A model generated the notes under the pieces. That model made no database searches, was not told the origin of the DNA, and saw only the letters and a program-made list of their open reading frames with translations. Of a stretch of DNA of 64,000 nucleotides, positions 1 through 13,049 are shown piece after piece. The DNA comes from Hemiscyllium ocellatum (Eukaryota). The stretch spans positions 10,537,883 through 10,601,882 of the forward strand of contig NC_083450.1 of the NCBI RefSeq assembly GCF_020745735.1. The letters run 5' to 3'. The position numbers were made by a program, and so were the translations under genes. Positions within the stretch are counted from its first letter, which is position 1. Each line of letters starts with the position of its first letter.

Positions 1-2580
1 GTAGATTAGTGCACGGGAGAAATGGGCCAAAATGCACCAGCTTATGTTTCCAGTAGCATACATGAAAGAAGTGTTACGGTAGCATATATACTTCCTGTAG
101 GAGGTCACCTAGGTGTACAGAAGAGTTCGACTAAGGTACAAAAATATTTCTATTGGCCTGGACTGCTGAGGATGTGGTTAACTTTTGCAGTACGTGTCTT
201 GCATGCCAAGTGGTAGATAGGCCACGGCAGTAATAAACCAGCACCTTTGCAGCCAATTCCCGCATTCAAGCAACCTTGTGCGTGGGTTATAATTGCGTAG
301 GTTCCCTCTTGAGAACCAAAATTGGGAACCAATACTTAATAACCAAAATGGATGTGTCGGCCAGATTTCTGGAGACAAGTCCAATGTAGAATATTAGGTA
401 AAACGTGTGCTAGAGGATTTTTTACGCTTCTTCACATGGCATGGGTTACGCAGAGAGATTGAGTCAAACCAAGGATCTAATTTTACTAGTAGATTTTTTA
501 AGGAAGTCATGGCTGGCTTAGGTGTACAACACTTCAAATCACGTGTGCATCATCTCGAATCCCAGGGAACTTTAGAAAGATGGCATCGCACCTGAAGACC
601 ATGTAGAGAGCATTCTGTCAGGATTGCCAAAATGATTGGGATTAAGGTATCCCATTCGTATTGTTTGTCATCAGAGATGCCCCAAACGAATCTACTCAGT
701 TTACTCCCTTTGATTTAATATTCGGACATAAGATGAGAGGCCGTTTGAAATGAATTAAACTGAAATTGATAGAACCAAAGTCGGAGATCTCACACTAGGA
801 GTATGTATTGGAGCTGAGGGAGAGATTGAATCGGGTTGGTGAATTAGCTAAACAGCACATAAAGAGGGCATAGCATAGAATGAAGAGGGTGTCAGATAAA
901 CACTCTGAGATTCAGACGTTTTCCTGTGGGGATGACATATTAGTATTGTAACCAGTGGTATAAGATCCTATCAAAGCCAAGTTGAGTGGTCCCTATCAAA
1001 TTGAGAAAAAGTTGAGTCAGGTGGACTATCAAGTTAAGTTGTCAGATGGGAAAAGTTCTGTATCAGGCACGTCATTTGACTATGTTGAAATCTTTGTATG
1101 TGAGTGAAAAAAAACTCGACAAATAAATCTTAGCTTCGGCCCTGAAGAGTAAGGAATAAAATCCAGATGCTGTTCCTCAAAAAATGTTAAACAATGAGTA
1201 AGTTCTTGAACAGTCGGACAGATTATTAAACTATCTGTCTCAAAAGGAAAGAACACAGTTGAAAGATTTGTTCAAGCAGTATGAGGGCACGTGCAGGAAT
1301 AAAATAGGGAGGACTAATGCTTTTATGCATAATGTAGACGTAGAGAATGCGCTTCCAATAAATAAAAACAAAACCAAAAATTATTTCAAATTTAGATTGT
1401 TCCAGAAGGAAGTAGAGGCGATTTTGTGTGGATTATTGGAAGATCAAGACCATAACAAGATCGAACTCATACTAAATTCCTAGATTGCAGGACAGTACAG
1501 AGGCAGTTGAACAAGCCGGGTACATCACAAAATTGGACTTACTGCGTGGTTATTGGTAGGTACTTTTATCGGACAAAGTGAAAAACATTTCTGCGTTTGT
1601 AACCCCAGATGGGCTTTATTAATTCAAAGTGATACCCTTTGGAATGAAAAACACACCCACCATATTCTAAAGACTCATGACTAGAGCTGTACCTGGAATA
1701 ACACACTGTGCAGTCTATCTGGACGATGTAGTTTTCTTTAGTGAGTCCTGGAAGATCATATGGCACAATTGACAGGTCTCCTTGCGTGGTGGCGAAAAGT
1801 AAAACTAGTAATAAAGTTAAACAAAACTGAATTCGCAAGAGTAGAGGTGCCACTCTTGGAACATCTGCCTTGGAAGTTTGACCCCATGGAACGCAAAGAT
1901 GTAGGCCATCGAGGAATTTTCATGACCGACCTTGAAGAAAAAGGTGCTTCGAGTTTTGGGAGTAAGCAGAGCCTATTGAAAGTTTTTTTCCTAACACCTG
2001 TTTAAGGAGCAGTGCTCCAAAGGCTAGTGCTTCCAAATAAACCTTGTGTGGATTATGAACTGCTGCCATGTGACTTTTAACTTTATTCCAAACTTCAATA
2101 TTTTAATGGTTTGTTGAAATATTTGCTGAAGAACACATAATTTCGGTGGACAGAACAATGCCAGGATGCATTTGACAACTTACAAGCAATATTAACTGGC
2201 ACACTAGTTTGAGCAGCACAAAAAAAAATGTAGCCCTTCAAAGTTGCCATTGATGTTAATGACATGGGTCTTGGAGTTGTACTGCAACCAGATGGTGATG
2301 ATTGTATAGAAAAGCAATTGGTCCTTTTCAAAGAAACTCAATACCAACCAGAAACATATACTGTACGATCGAGAACGATCTAGTAAGTTAGGTACTGGCC
2401 TTAAAACACGAAGTGCATGTCAAAGACAGATGTATGGACAGATCACAATTATCTTACATTCTTGGAATAGTTTAAAGATAATAATATGAAACCATTTCAT
2501 TGGAGTCTTATGTTAAAGACTATTAATTTACAAATCATACATGCTGCGGTTGAAACACTGCAACAACTGATGTGTTATCG
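1..2580 (+). mobile_element. Degenerate Gmr1-like Ty3/Gypsy LTR retrotransposon pol (INT-RT-RNase H order)
   Basis: Integrase motifs GGHLGVQKS, YFYWPG, ESNQGSNFTS and HLESQGTLERWH (about 22-600) precede RT motifs DLLRGYW (1536-1556) and YLDDV (1716-1730) and RNase H-like sequence (about 2240-2560). Many stops and frameshifts. Confidence 0.85.
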
Positions 2581-2843
2581 NNNNNNNNNNNNNNNNNNNN
2601 NNNNNNNNNNNNNNNNNNNNNNNNNNNNNNNNNNNNNNNNNNNNNNNNNNNNNNNNNNNNNNNNNNNNNNNNNNNNNNNNNNNNNNNNNNNNNNNNNNNN
2701 NNNNNNNNNNNNNNNNNNNNNNNNNNNNNNNNNNNNNNNNNNNNNNNNNNNNNNNNNNNNNNNNNNNNNNNNNNNNNNNNNNNNNNNNNNNNNNNNNNNN
2801 NNNNNNNNNNNNNNNNNNNNNNNNNNNNNNNNNNNNNNNNNNN
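2581..2843. other. Assembly gap (263 N)
   Basis: Run of N. Confidence 1.
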
Positions 2844-3969
2844 TGATGTGGAGAAATACAGTGGTCATTTATGAAATATGTAGGTGGTGGATCAAATGCA
2901 AAAATTCGAATGTTTACTCATGTCAGGATAGAACAAGAGAACAATACAGCATAGCGTCAAGGCCCTCGCGCAAAAATGTATGTGCTGAACATGATATTAA
3001 TCTAAATTAATCCCATTTGCCAACACATTGTCTGTATCCCTTTATCGTCTGCCATGTTTCCACGATGATTTAATAAAGGTTAAAATGTAGTTTGACGAAT
3101 GATGCCAGTAGATTCACCACGAGGAAGTATAAACGTCATGCTGTATGGGCAGCATGTACGAATGGAAATATTGGGATTTGCTTCAGAAATAATTACCTCC
3201 ATTAAAGGCTGAGAACTAGCATATTGATAAGTTGAATATTCAATATGAATTAATAATTTCCATTGACTTTGTGAAATAAAAACTTAAACGCTCTTTGTTA
3301 ATCACAGAATGCCCATTCATAACTCCATAAATGATAAATCCAATCTCTTATGCATGTCGATTTTCAGTGATTAAATTAAGAATTTATCAGACCATCACAT
3401 TGGGTCACACATATAAAGATAGATATTTACTCTTAAATAAAAAACAAAGTTCTTCCAAAGTTGCGAACATGGAAATGGAATGTATTTAACTGCCACCACA
3501 CCCACTCCAAGAAGGCAAGCAAAACCCTGCAGACACAAAGTGTTTCAATGAGAAATAACAGTAATTCATTCCAATGTGTTAACAAACTGTTTCACTCATT
3601 ACATACTTTCTAAAATAAATGCTTAACTCAAACCAGAACTCAACTGTATCTTTTACCACGGTCACTATATGCGTCCATACAGGTTTGTACATGTCCCTAA
3701 TCTATTTAACATTTATTGAATTTGTGGTATTCGCCTCAATTAACGTGCATGACCCCTTACAACATATTAAAAGATATGAACTCACTTCTAAAATCTCTTT
3801 CTTCCTATCTGTCTCTGGCATTGTTTAGTACTGTATTTTCAAATGTGCATACATGTACCGAACACTCTGATCTAACTCACACATGCACACTTTTCCAGAT
3901 AAAATTCTTCAAAACATGTCAAATTCTTAATTATCGATCTCTGTTAACCTAACAATCTACCTACTCCAC

Positions 3970-4400
3970 AGGACGAGGTCAGGCTTTTGGCACAGTGATT
4001 TTCATTAGTCAGGACATTGAGTATAGAAGTTAAGAAGCTTTTTTGTAGTTGAAGCAGACGTTGATGACGCCGCATTTCGGGTATTGTATTCACTTCGTGA
4101 CTGGAAGGATGTTATTAAACTGGAAATAATGCAGAAGATATCTACAAGGATTTTGCCGGGACTCACCAGGATGATTTACAGGGGGAGGTTCGATTTCTTT
4201 ATTCCTTTAGAACATAGGAGAGTAAGACGGTAACTTGTAAAGTTGAATAAGACCATGATATCAGGTGAATGTAACCTCGGGAAATCGAGGACTAGAACAC
4301 GTACATTTAAGGTTAGAGTGGGAAAAAAAGGGAATCTGAAGGGCAAAATTGTTAGACAGTGTGTGGACATGCACAAAACGTTTAACGTAGTTTCGAATGC
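3970..4400 (+). mobile_element. Old CR1 LINE 3' fragment
   Basis: Degenerate similarity to the CR1 ORF2 C-terminal region of younger copies in the window. Confidence 0.6.
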
Positions 4401-5199
4401 TGAGTGGTAATGTGTTGGTACTGTGGTTTTATGCGGGTGGTTTTAAGTCAGTAAACCAGATCTTTTTATTGGAACCCCCAAAAAGTAAACAACTTGTTCG
4501 GCCTTCTTTTGTTTGAAGTTGACACGATCTTAGCAGCAGAATATAAGGGGGAAGCTCCCATAGAACGAAAGTTTATGGTTTTGGTTTCACTTGGTATTTG
4601 ATGCTGGATCATGATTCAACCTACAGTTCATCACAACCCTGTTTCTGTCTCAGAGTTTTCTCTTGATACCTTTTGCTCCTCTTGATAGTTACCTATGAAC
4701 CAATCTGGTTTTCTAAACTTGCATTTTTGCCAAGGGTATATTCAGGGGATGTTACGAAATTGGAACATTTGCAATTTAGTAATTACATATTCTATTAATC
4801 TGCCAATAGAGTTAAGTATTCAAGTTGCTACTTTCTTTTGTTGTATTTTGACCATAGTGTATAAATAAGGTATGTTTTGCCAAACATTGATGAATTTGAC
4901 TAATCCAATTGTATCTGGAGTGCAACCGCTTTCAGTCACCTTTATCATACTAATATCCTGGAGTTCAGACTACGTAATGAATTATATTTGAGGGCGTTGG
5001 CTTGGTTCAAAGGAAGTTGGGGACTTTTGTTGTTACGAAAGGCTCTAATTCCATGTTGTTTTGGGATTGCTGGCCTGAATAGTGATGAGTGGTGTGTGTT
5101 CGTCTTTTAAAGATGTACATTTCGGGGTTTGAAATCAGTTGGCTTTATCCAGGTCCATCTTGTGTAGTAATTTCTCTTTCAGTCACGAAGTGATACTTT

Positions 5200-6180
5200 T
5201 GGGTGGAAGAAGTCACTTCTAGAGTTTTTGAAGGTGAAGGAGGCAAAGCTTACCGAATTGGAAAGCAAGGGTTTACTGTGTCTGTGAGGAAAGGGAAGGG
5301 AATTGTGGCAGTGGCACAGAATTTACAGTTGCCAGGAATGCTTCGTGAATCTTTGGAAATACCCAAAACTGACGTGAATTTGAAGCAGTCTGAACAAGAA
5401 AATGCAACGGAACAGTTTGAATTACAACTAAAAGGAGAGAAAGAAGAAGGGAAAGTAAGGCCCTAAGAGAGCAAAGTGAGAAAGAGAGAGACGAAAGGCA
5501 GAAAGTGAAAAGTTTTGAATGTCAAAGGTTAGAACTGAAAAATCGAAGTCGACAGGAAATGGCAGAGGTAGAGGTGAAAGGTAGGAGTAGTGATGAGGGC
5601 AGTGATGAAGAGCAATCCCATCGAAGTCAAATGCCATCAGGGGATCGGTTTAAATATGTCCAAGCATGGCTTAATTTCGTGGAGAGGAATGCTGAAACCG
5701 TTTTTTAAAAAATTTCATTTGAACAAGTCACTAAATAAATGAAATCGCCAACGACTATGTGGGTATTGTTGATCAAAACAAAATTTGCCAGGAAAGCCAG
5801 TGAAGTATTTTGTTTACTATAAATGAACGTATCTGGGATATGTCAAGAGGTGAAAAAACTCTCAAACGCATATAACCTGGGATCAGAAACGCTTAGGCAA
5901 CGATGCAGGTACTTCAGAATGGAATCGGGTCAGAGGTACATTAAGTTTTTAAACAATAAAACAAATTAATTGTGACAAATAATTTTAAAATAAAACTTGC
6001 CTCGTGAATGTGCGGAGCGCAAACTGAGCAAGAGGGCATATGGGACTGCTGAGTAAGTGCAATTACATATTTGGGCGGTTTGCATTACCTGAAGAGGTAC
6101 TTAGGTTGTTTATCCCATTCATCCTTCTCCCTCTTCCAACCAAAAATACGGTTCTGTGCCCCGGATTAGGAAGGTAACTA
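5200..6180 (+). mobile_element. Gypsy gag remnant (coiled-coil plus SCAN-like capsid)
   Basis: Charged QFELQLK-EKE segment and a degenerate NAYNL..E..RQ motif near 5860-5930. Related gag-like sequence occurs at about 9300-10100. Confidence 0.5.
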
Positions 6181-6199
6181 GGTTATTTTTTATTCTTTA

Positions 6200-7150
6200 T
6201 TTTTCAACAGACTCTTTGAGAATTTAGAATAGTAGGAATAGAAGTTAAGGAAGTGGAATGCTCCTAATACAGGAAAATAAGGGTCAATACTGGTGTCTTT
6301 GCTGACTTCATCTGTGGGAAGTGCTTCCAAAGCCAGCTCCTCAAAAACCGTCTTCGGGAATGTCAGATCATTCAGGAGGCAGGGGTTATTGAGAAGAATT
6401 ACAGGCAACTTGCCACAAACAGGTACAAGAACAAAAGGTAGATGGGTTGCAGTCAGGGGATGAAAAGGCAACCAGCAGACATTCAGGGCTCCTCTGTAGA
6501 CGTTCCCCACAATAACAATTATGCCGTTTTAGATACTTACTGGGGTAAGCTATGGGGTAAAGGTCTCTGGAACATAGTCTGTCCCTGTTTCTCAGCATGA
6601 AAGGGCGAGAGGAGCACAGCATTAGTCGTTAGGGAATCCATATTCACGTGGAGAGATAGGAGGTTCTATCAGAACGAGTGAAACTCACATTTGGAGTGTT
6701 GCCTCCCATGTGCCAGGGATCATGGTGTCTCGGATTGTGTTTTCGGGATCCTTGCGGGGAGGGGAAGCAGCAGCAAGTCGTGGTCCACAGAAACACTGAC
6801 AACATAGACCAGAGAAGGCAATGCAGGTTCAAGGCAGAAATTCAGCGAGTTAAGTTGGAAGCTTAGAACTAGACCAAACAGAGTTAATATCTGGTTAGTT
6901 ACGTGCGAGCAATGTGAGGAACAGGGACAGAGCGAATTGTAACATGTGACTACAGGGATGGTGCATGAGGGAGGATCTCGGTACTTGGGTAATAGGGGAT
7001 CATTCTGGGATCGGTGGGACCTCCACATACTGAGGGTCTACATCTGAACCAGAGGATAACCGATATCTGGCGTGGGGATGGCGGGAGATTTGCTGATATT
7101 CTTCAAGAGGGTTTAAATTAATTCAGGAAGTGGATGAGAACCTAAATGAT
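6200..7150 (+). mobile_element. CR1 ORF1 (esterase-like) remnant
   Basis: Degenerate parallels to ORF1 at 47135-47737, ending gagggtttaaattaa. Confidence 0.7.
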
Positions 7151-7346
7151 AGTTTCAGTGTCTAGGACGTTGAGTGACGCGAGGTCAGAAGTAAGGTTTC
7201 AGGATTGCAAGAGTGCACCAGAAGCAGGAAGTGTTGTGGAGAAAATATAGACAATCACCAGGAGCTAACTCTGTTAAGGTGATAGATATTTTGCTATTCC
7301 ATCTATTACAATAGTCACCTCTCTCAAGCTGACTCTACTAACTAGT

Positions 7347-7728
7347 CATTGGAGAAGAGAAGGTTTAGGGGAGATCTGATAGAAGTGTATAAGATGATTA
7401 GGGGTTTAGATAGGGTAGATACTAAGAACCTCTTACCGCTAATGGAGTCAGGTGTTACTAGGGGACATAGCTTTAAATTAAGGGGTGGTAGGTATAGGAC
7501 AGATGTTAGGGGTAGATTCTTCACACAGCGGGTTGTGAGTTCATGGAATGCCCTGCCCGTATCAGTGGTGAACTCTCCTTCTTTATGGTCATTTAAGCGG
7601 GCATTGGATAGGCATTTGGAAGTTATTGGGCTAGTATAGGTTAGGTAGGATTCGGTCGGCGCAACATCGAGGGCCGAAGGGCCTGTACTGCGCTGTATCC
7701 TTCTATGTTCTATGTTCTATGTTCTATG
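7347..7728 (+). mobile_element. Young 5'-truncated CR1 3' end
   Basis: Near-identical to 25121-25500. Ends in a (TTCTATG)n tail. Confidence 0.95.
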
Positions 7729-8229
7729 GATATCCCAAATATTTGTGGCCCCAATCCTGTCATAATAGCACTTAACAGAGAAAATTGCTTTATTCCTTGT
7801 GTTATTGCATCTCACCATAGTGACCTTTACTCTGCTAATTGTTGTAAGAGCATTCCACTATTCTTTTCCCATCCTGCATTCCACAGACCCTTTGCAACAA
7901 ACTACCAGTGCTCTTCATGGTTTAACCCTTACCATGCTTTCATGTTCTTTACTTTCCATATTCCCTCTTTGAGACCTACTGCTCTCACCTAGAGAAACAA
8001 TACAAATAATGTAGGTCCCAACACGGACATAATAATTTTCGAAGGCTGAGACTTAAAGGGTTCTTTCTCAATTCCTGGGGTCTCTTGTGACAAAAACAAC
8101 TGTCCTCCAATAACCAGAACTGGAAAAGAGACCCAAGATCCCTCACAATCTAGGACTTGTGTGTTCTTCTGAAGTACCATCGATGGCCCATGTGGACGTA
8201 TTCCTTGCACCGTGGCTATTGTTAGATCA

Positions 8230-9100
8230 TAATAATAGAGTGGTGGGGTTTCATCAGAGGAGTAAACACTTCCTGGGGTAATTGAAATGACCACAAGTTG
8301 CCATGTAGTGACACAGACTAAGAAGTATTGAATAAAAGGTAAAGCACAACAAAAGACAAAGCGACAACAAGTAATGCTGCACCTAAAATAAGACCAATCT
8401 TGAGAAACCATGCTCCCCAACATTACACAAACCCCGCCTTTTTCTGTCAGTATCCAATCTATGGCTTGTCTGTTTTGCTATGTCATTTTGGCAGTAGCAT
8501 CCAACTGTTCTCCAAAGGCCACAAGGGCATTGTCAGTATAATTGATAAATCTCTGCTAGTTTTAATAAACGTAATTAATCCATTCAGTATTCTTGCTAAC
8601 CCATATCACTTGGATTAGAGCTTCCTGGCCCACGGCAATCTTTTTGCGGGCCTTAATCGCATTAGAAATACCTCTTGGCTGTCCTATGCTATCAATCCGA
8701 ATTGTTGGATCAGGGCCATACCATCGCTTCATGACATAGCATCAAGCTGTGCGTGTGGCAATATAAATACCGCGTATAGTCAGTGAGCAGCATTGGCTGC
8801 AACCCTACTTTCTTACCACACAGCCAACAAGTATTTGCCAGTGGGATTCATTGAGAATTTAAAACAGCTCAAATGTGGTAACCAGCTCTGGTTCAATCGT
8901 ATTCCCGCAAAGACCATTAAAATAGCCTACTGGTATGGATCAATTTCACTTAAAGCTTTCAAAACTGAATCCTTCCCGTATCCTGACAGCAGCCACGGGA
9001 GACATGTGATTAGTCTTACTTGTGGACCACGGGGCATTATATCTACACCACCGTTGGAGTTGCTGCCTGCCCACGTCATCCTGCTGATAGAACATAGAGG
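8230..9100 (-). mobile_element. env: Endogenous retrovirus env remnant (class I, TM subunit with immunosuppressive domain)
   Basis: Minus frame reads IDSIGQPRGISNAIKARKKIAVG...WVSKNTEWINYVY*N*QRFINYTDNALVAFGEQLDATAKMT*QNRQAIDWILTEKGGVCVMLG, followed by hydrophobic KIGLILGAALLVVAL. Confidence 0.85.
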
Positions 9101-9169
9101 CCTGAAGTAGGAGGCAGCAAAATGATACGACATCGAGGGCCGAAGGACTTGTGCTGAGCTGCAATGTTA

Positions 9170-12100
9170 TATGTTCGAAGTGGGTCAGGCATTGCTAAAA
9201 CAAGCAAACATGTGATGCTCGTAGAGATTGTATTGTTTTGGAGCAGTTGCTAAAAACATTTCCTGAAGTTGTGAGAATTCGTGTGGAAGAGTAGAGATTT
9301 AATACTGAAACATTAGCACCGAAAATGGCAAATAACAATGATTTGGTTGAAAAATCATCGTTTTGCTTGTGACATCAATTTCAACCTGTTGGGATAGAAA
9401 CTGGAGAAATAAATGTTGTCAGTTGTAAAGGAAAAGGGGATCTTACTGGAAACAAAAAAAAAGTTTGCCAAACGATAAAAGGTAAATCCATGAATGGAAC
9501 AGAGAATGAAGTATGCTTAGTTTTTATTCATGGCAATGAAGTAAGCCATGTGCAGTTGCAGTGTTCGTGATTTTGCAAAGGCAGTGGGAAGACGGACGAG
9601 AGAAAATAGGATAGGTTATTGAATTTTGGTGAAGTGGCAAAGTAATTCACAGTATATATGTAAAATGTGGCAAAGAATGTTAGACTTGATCTCATGTTGT
9701 TTGAGAAGAATGTAGCAAATCTCTTTAAATAAATTAATTGCGAGGATATGTTTTGCCGCAAATGCCAAGAGACGTAGGTAAAGAAACTACAGTCTTAACC
9801 AATGTGACAACTTCTTGGTCTTGGAAGGTGAGAGATAAAGCAATACATAATTCAGAATCACAGCTAAAAGATTAAGACGTATAGCAGTTGTGTCATAAAT
9901 TGTCCGCAGAAGAAGAACTGAAGAGTAATACAGAATCTTTCTATGCTAAAAATTACATTTTGATGTGGAAATGGAAACAATTGCATATTTATGTTGATTG
10001 AGAAACGTGCAGAATTTCATCAAGTTATACTACTGTTGGTTTTTGAACGGAGGTGTTGACAGTGGCACATTAATTATCAACAGGAGGTCATTTGGAAGTA
10101 AGGAAAACTCATGCAAAATATAAATTCATTTTTAATTACATGAATTGCGTAAGGATGTGGTTGAATTGTGCTGGATGTCTCACACTTGTCAGGTGAGTAG
10201 ATGCCATTGCACAGTGAGAAAAGCAGCACGCTGAATAACCATCTGTGCATTTAAGAAAAGTGTAAAAAGGGTCTGGTTAATAGCATAGGATGTCTACATC
10301 AAAAAAACGCGTGGGCATCAGTATTTGCTGACCATAATGGATATGTACTTGATTTCTCCAGGTGATTTCATGACTCCGTATCATAGTTAAAAGAATTGGA
10401 GAAAAGTTACTCGATTTCTTGCCCTAAATGCGGACTACCCAAAGATCAGGGGTCAAATTTTGAATCAAAGTTATTCCAAACAGCAACTGAAAGTTTAGGA
10501 ATAAAACAAATCAAGTCCATTGCTATCCATCCAGAATCACAGGGAGCATTCAAACGGTGGTATCCAACGTTCAATTCCATGTTGAGGGTTCGAAGTCACG
10601 ATTATCGAGGGGATTGGGATAAAGGAATTCATTTTTTTCATTTTGTATTTAGAGGTTGATGTAATGAATCTACTAGTTTGTGGGCACGAGGTAAGAGGAC
10701 TACTGAAATTAATTAAGGAGTGATTGGTGAGCCAGAGTTCATAAACTACACATTTGGATTTTGTATCAAGTTTTACAGAAAGATTAAATAGAGCGGATGA
10801 GTTGGCAAGTTAACGTTTGAAAGTAGCACAGCATGTCATGAAACAGGAAGGAGGCTAGAAATCAAATATTGGCAGTTTTACTGGTACTCGTGTTACTATC
10901 CATGTAGGTGAAACTTTAAAGGTGAAACTTTAAAGTGAAGGATTAGTCGGCCTTATGAAATTCCAATGAAATTGACTGAGGTAAACTATTTGATACGAAT
11001 GTGAGATGGAAAGCTGTGTGTCAGGTCATAGTGCTCAAAATGTGTATTGACAGGAAAGAAGAGAAAAATGTGAATGTGTTCTTGGTTATATGGGCTGGGT
11101 GCTGGCAGGTGGCACTAGATTGGGTTGGGAAGTCTGGTCGACATGGACGGGTTGGACCGAAGGGTCTATGACTATGACTCTAAGGTAAGGTGATTGTGAT
11201 TTGGACAAATATCAAATTAAATAGGACAATGGGGAAGTTTGGAAGATTGTAGTGACAAAATGGAACGAGCAATGTATGTTTCAAATTTTGAATTACTTGC
11301 AAATAGTGAAGGAAATTTCGGTTTTCATAACACTGAATGTACTCACCATTTTACATTCATGGCATTAATGGTTAAAAAAAAAACGACAACCCAATTTCAA
11401 AGAGTAACCAATAAATTCATTTCAACATTACCAGATGATGGACATTGACTATTTGGCAATACTTATCAGCGCATTGAAGGAAGATTTGAAGCTTCTATCA
11501 GAATTATTCAATTCAACCGGTGATTTTGCAGAAGCCCAAGCCACCTTCCTGGGCCATGTCATCGTACATTGTGATGAAACTGTCACATTTAAAAGGTTAT
11601 TTTCTCCTGGTATTTTTAGAAGAGAAGTTGTAAAGGCAGAGGTGAAGGTGGTCACTGCAGATTAGAGTCAAGATTAGAGTGGTTCTGGAAAAACAAATCA
11701 GGTCAGCCAGCATCCAAGGATCAGGCAAATCAACGTTTTGTTCAAAAGCCCTTCATCACGAATGTGGCCTCATTCCTGATGAAGGACTTTTTGTACAAAG
11801 GGGAGAGGACAATTCTCAGAAACCAGGCTTTCTAGTTTCATTAGCTATCATCGTTAGAAGCTCTTTGGGACCCAAGATTCGGTGAATGATTCTTAACTGC
11901 TACTTTCTCTGTAATCTCTGTTGATGCTGGTTTCGCCTGGATTGGAGAACTGCATGCAAGAAACTGCGTCTGAATATACCACTTTGCCAAGTGCTGTGTT
12001 TACGGGATGTTACTGAATTGGAACATTCAATTAGTTACAAGTGCTGTATATATTCTTTGGTTAACTTCTGCAGTAGTTGATATACTCTAAATTCTTCTTT

Positions 12101-13030
12101 TTTTTGATTGTAGTTAAATTACAACATTTGAATGAATTAAGTTCTGCTTCACGTTGAATAGTTAGACCAATCTTATCATATGCATTTCACAATTACCTAT
12201 GAAATAAGGAAACGAAAGAGTCCAGTTCTTAAAATATTTCGAGGAGTTTGCTCTGCTCCATAAAAACACGGACAAATGGCTCCTCAAGTTGTGAAAGCAA
12301 AGTTATTTCAAAGTTTACTGTACCATTGGATGTGCCAAAAATAGGTGGGATTGAGTAGTTTTTTTAAACAAAAGTAGAGCTTTGTATTGAATTATAGCAT
12401 TGTGGTTGTTTACTGCCTGACTATTTGAAGAAGGACGAAAAGTTTTAGTAGAAAGAGGAATCTCAGAATGCATTTGAGAGTCTGAAGGCTGTGCCAATGT
12501 AAACTGTATAAATTATGTAAAGCCATTCAAAGTGTCAATCATTGTGAGTCATGATGCTTTCGGTGTTCTACTCTTGCAAGATGACAATGAGAATATTGGA
12601 AGACCTATTGGGTAATTTTCCCAGAAAATTTAATCATCATCGACACAAATATTCCATGATTGAGAAGAAATCTTTGTGCTTGGTAATATCACTGTAATTT
12701 TTCAACATTTATAATGCTAGTAATGTGTCTGAGACAATTATATACACTAGACATAACCACTAGAGTCCTTTTGGGGAGAAAAAGGATTTAATTTCCATAC
12801 TATTTGCACGAAACTTATTTTCGCCGTCATTCAATTTGAAAGCTGCACACATGGCAGAATGAGGGAACATAATTTTCGATTCATTTCCATGACTTTGATA
12901 AAAGAAGGCAGAGGTGTTTGCTGGTGGGGAAAAGAAACGAACTGTAATGGACTAAAGTATCAAATGTTTGCTTGTTTACAGTCAATGTATGTATATTAAA
13001 ATTCGCTAAGGACGTGAGAGTACTTTAAAA
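9170..13030 (+). mobile_element. Second degenerate Gmr1-like Gypsy element (gag-INT-partial RT-RNase H)
   Basis: Integrase GSNFESKLF...HPESQGAFKRW (10396-10659), then RT tail FAEAQATFLGHVI (about 11520-11570) and RNase H-like sequence (about 12400-12900). Confidence 0.75.
11660..11800. repeat. Degenerate Penelope-derived short palindromic element
   Basis: Same family as 42756-42967 (ctggaaaa...aggtcag..agcatcc...cccttcatca / cctgatgaagg). Confidence 0.6.
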
Positions 13031-13049
13031 AAATGAAACTGCATTTGAA

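Noticed and set aside
2486-3010. ORFs spanning X residues
   Set aside because: They are artefacts of the N gap.
3400-3535. Minus-strand acceptor followed by hydrophobic reading frames
   Set aside because: No recognisable product or partner exon, so I cannot support it.
3619-3682. Plus-strand leader-like exon (…TICVHT G|GTTTGT)
   Set aside because: It is poorly hydrophobic and I found no downstream plus-strand Ig exon.
4400-5200. Possible Gypsy LTR
   Set aside because: The position before gag is suggestive, but I could not identify a matching second LTR, PBS or TG..CA ends.
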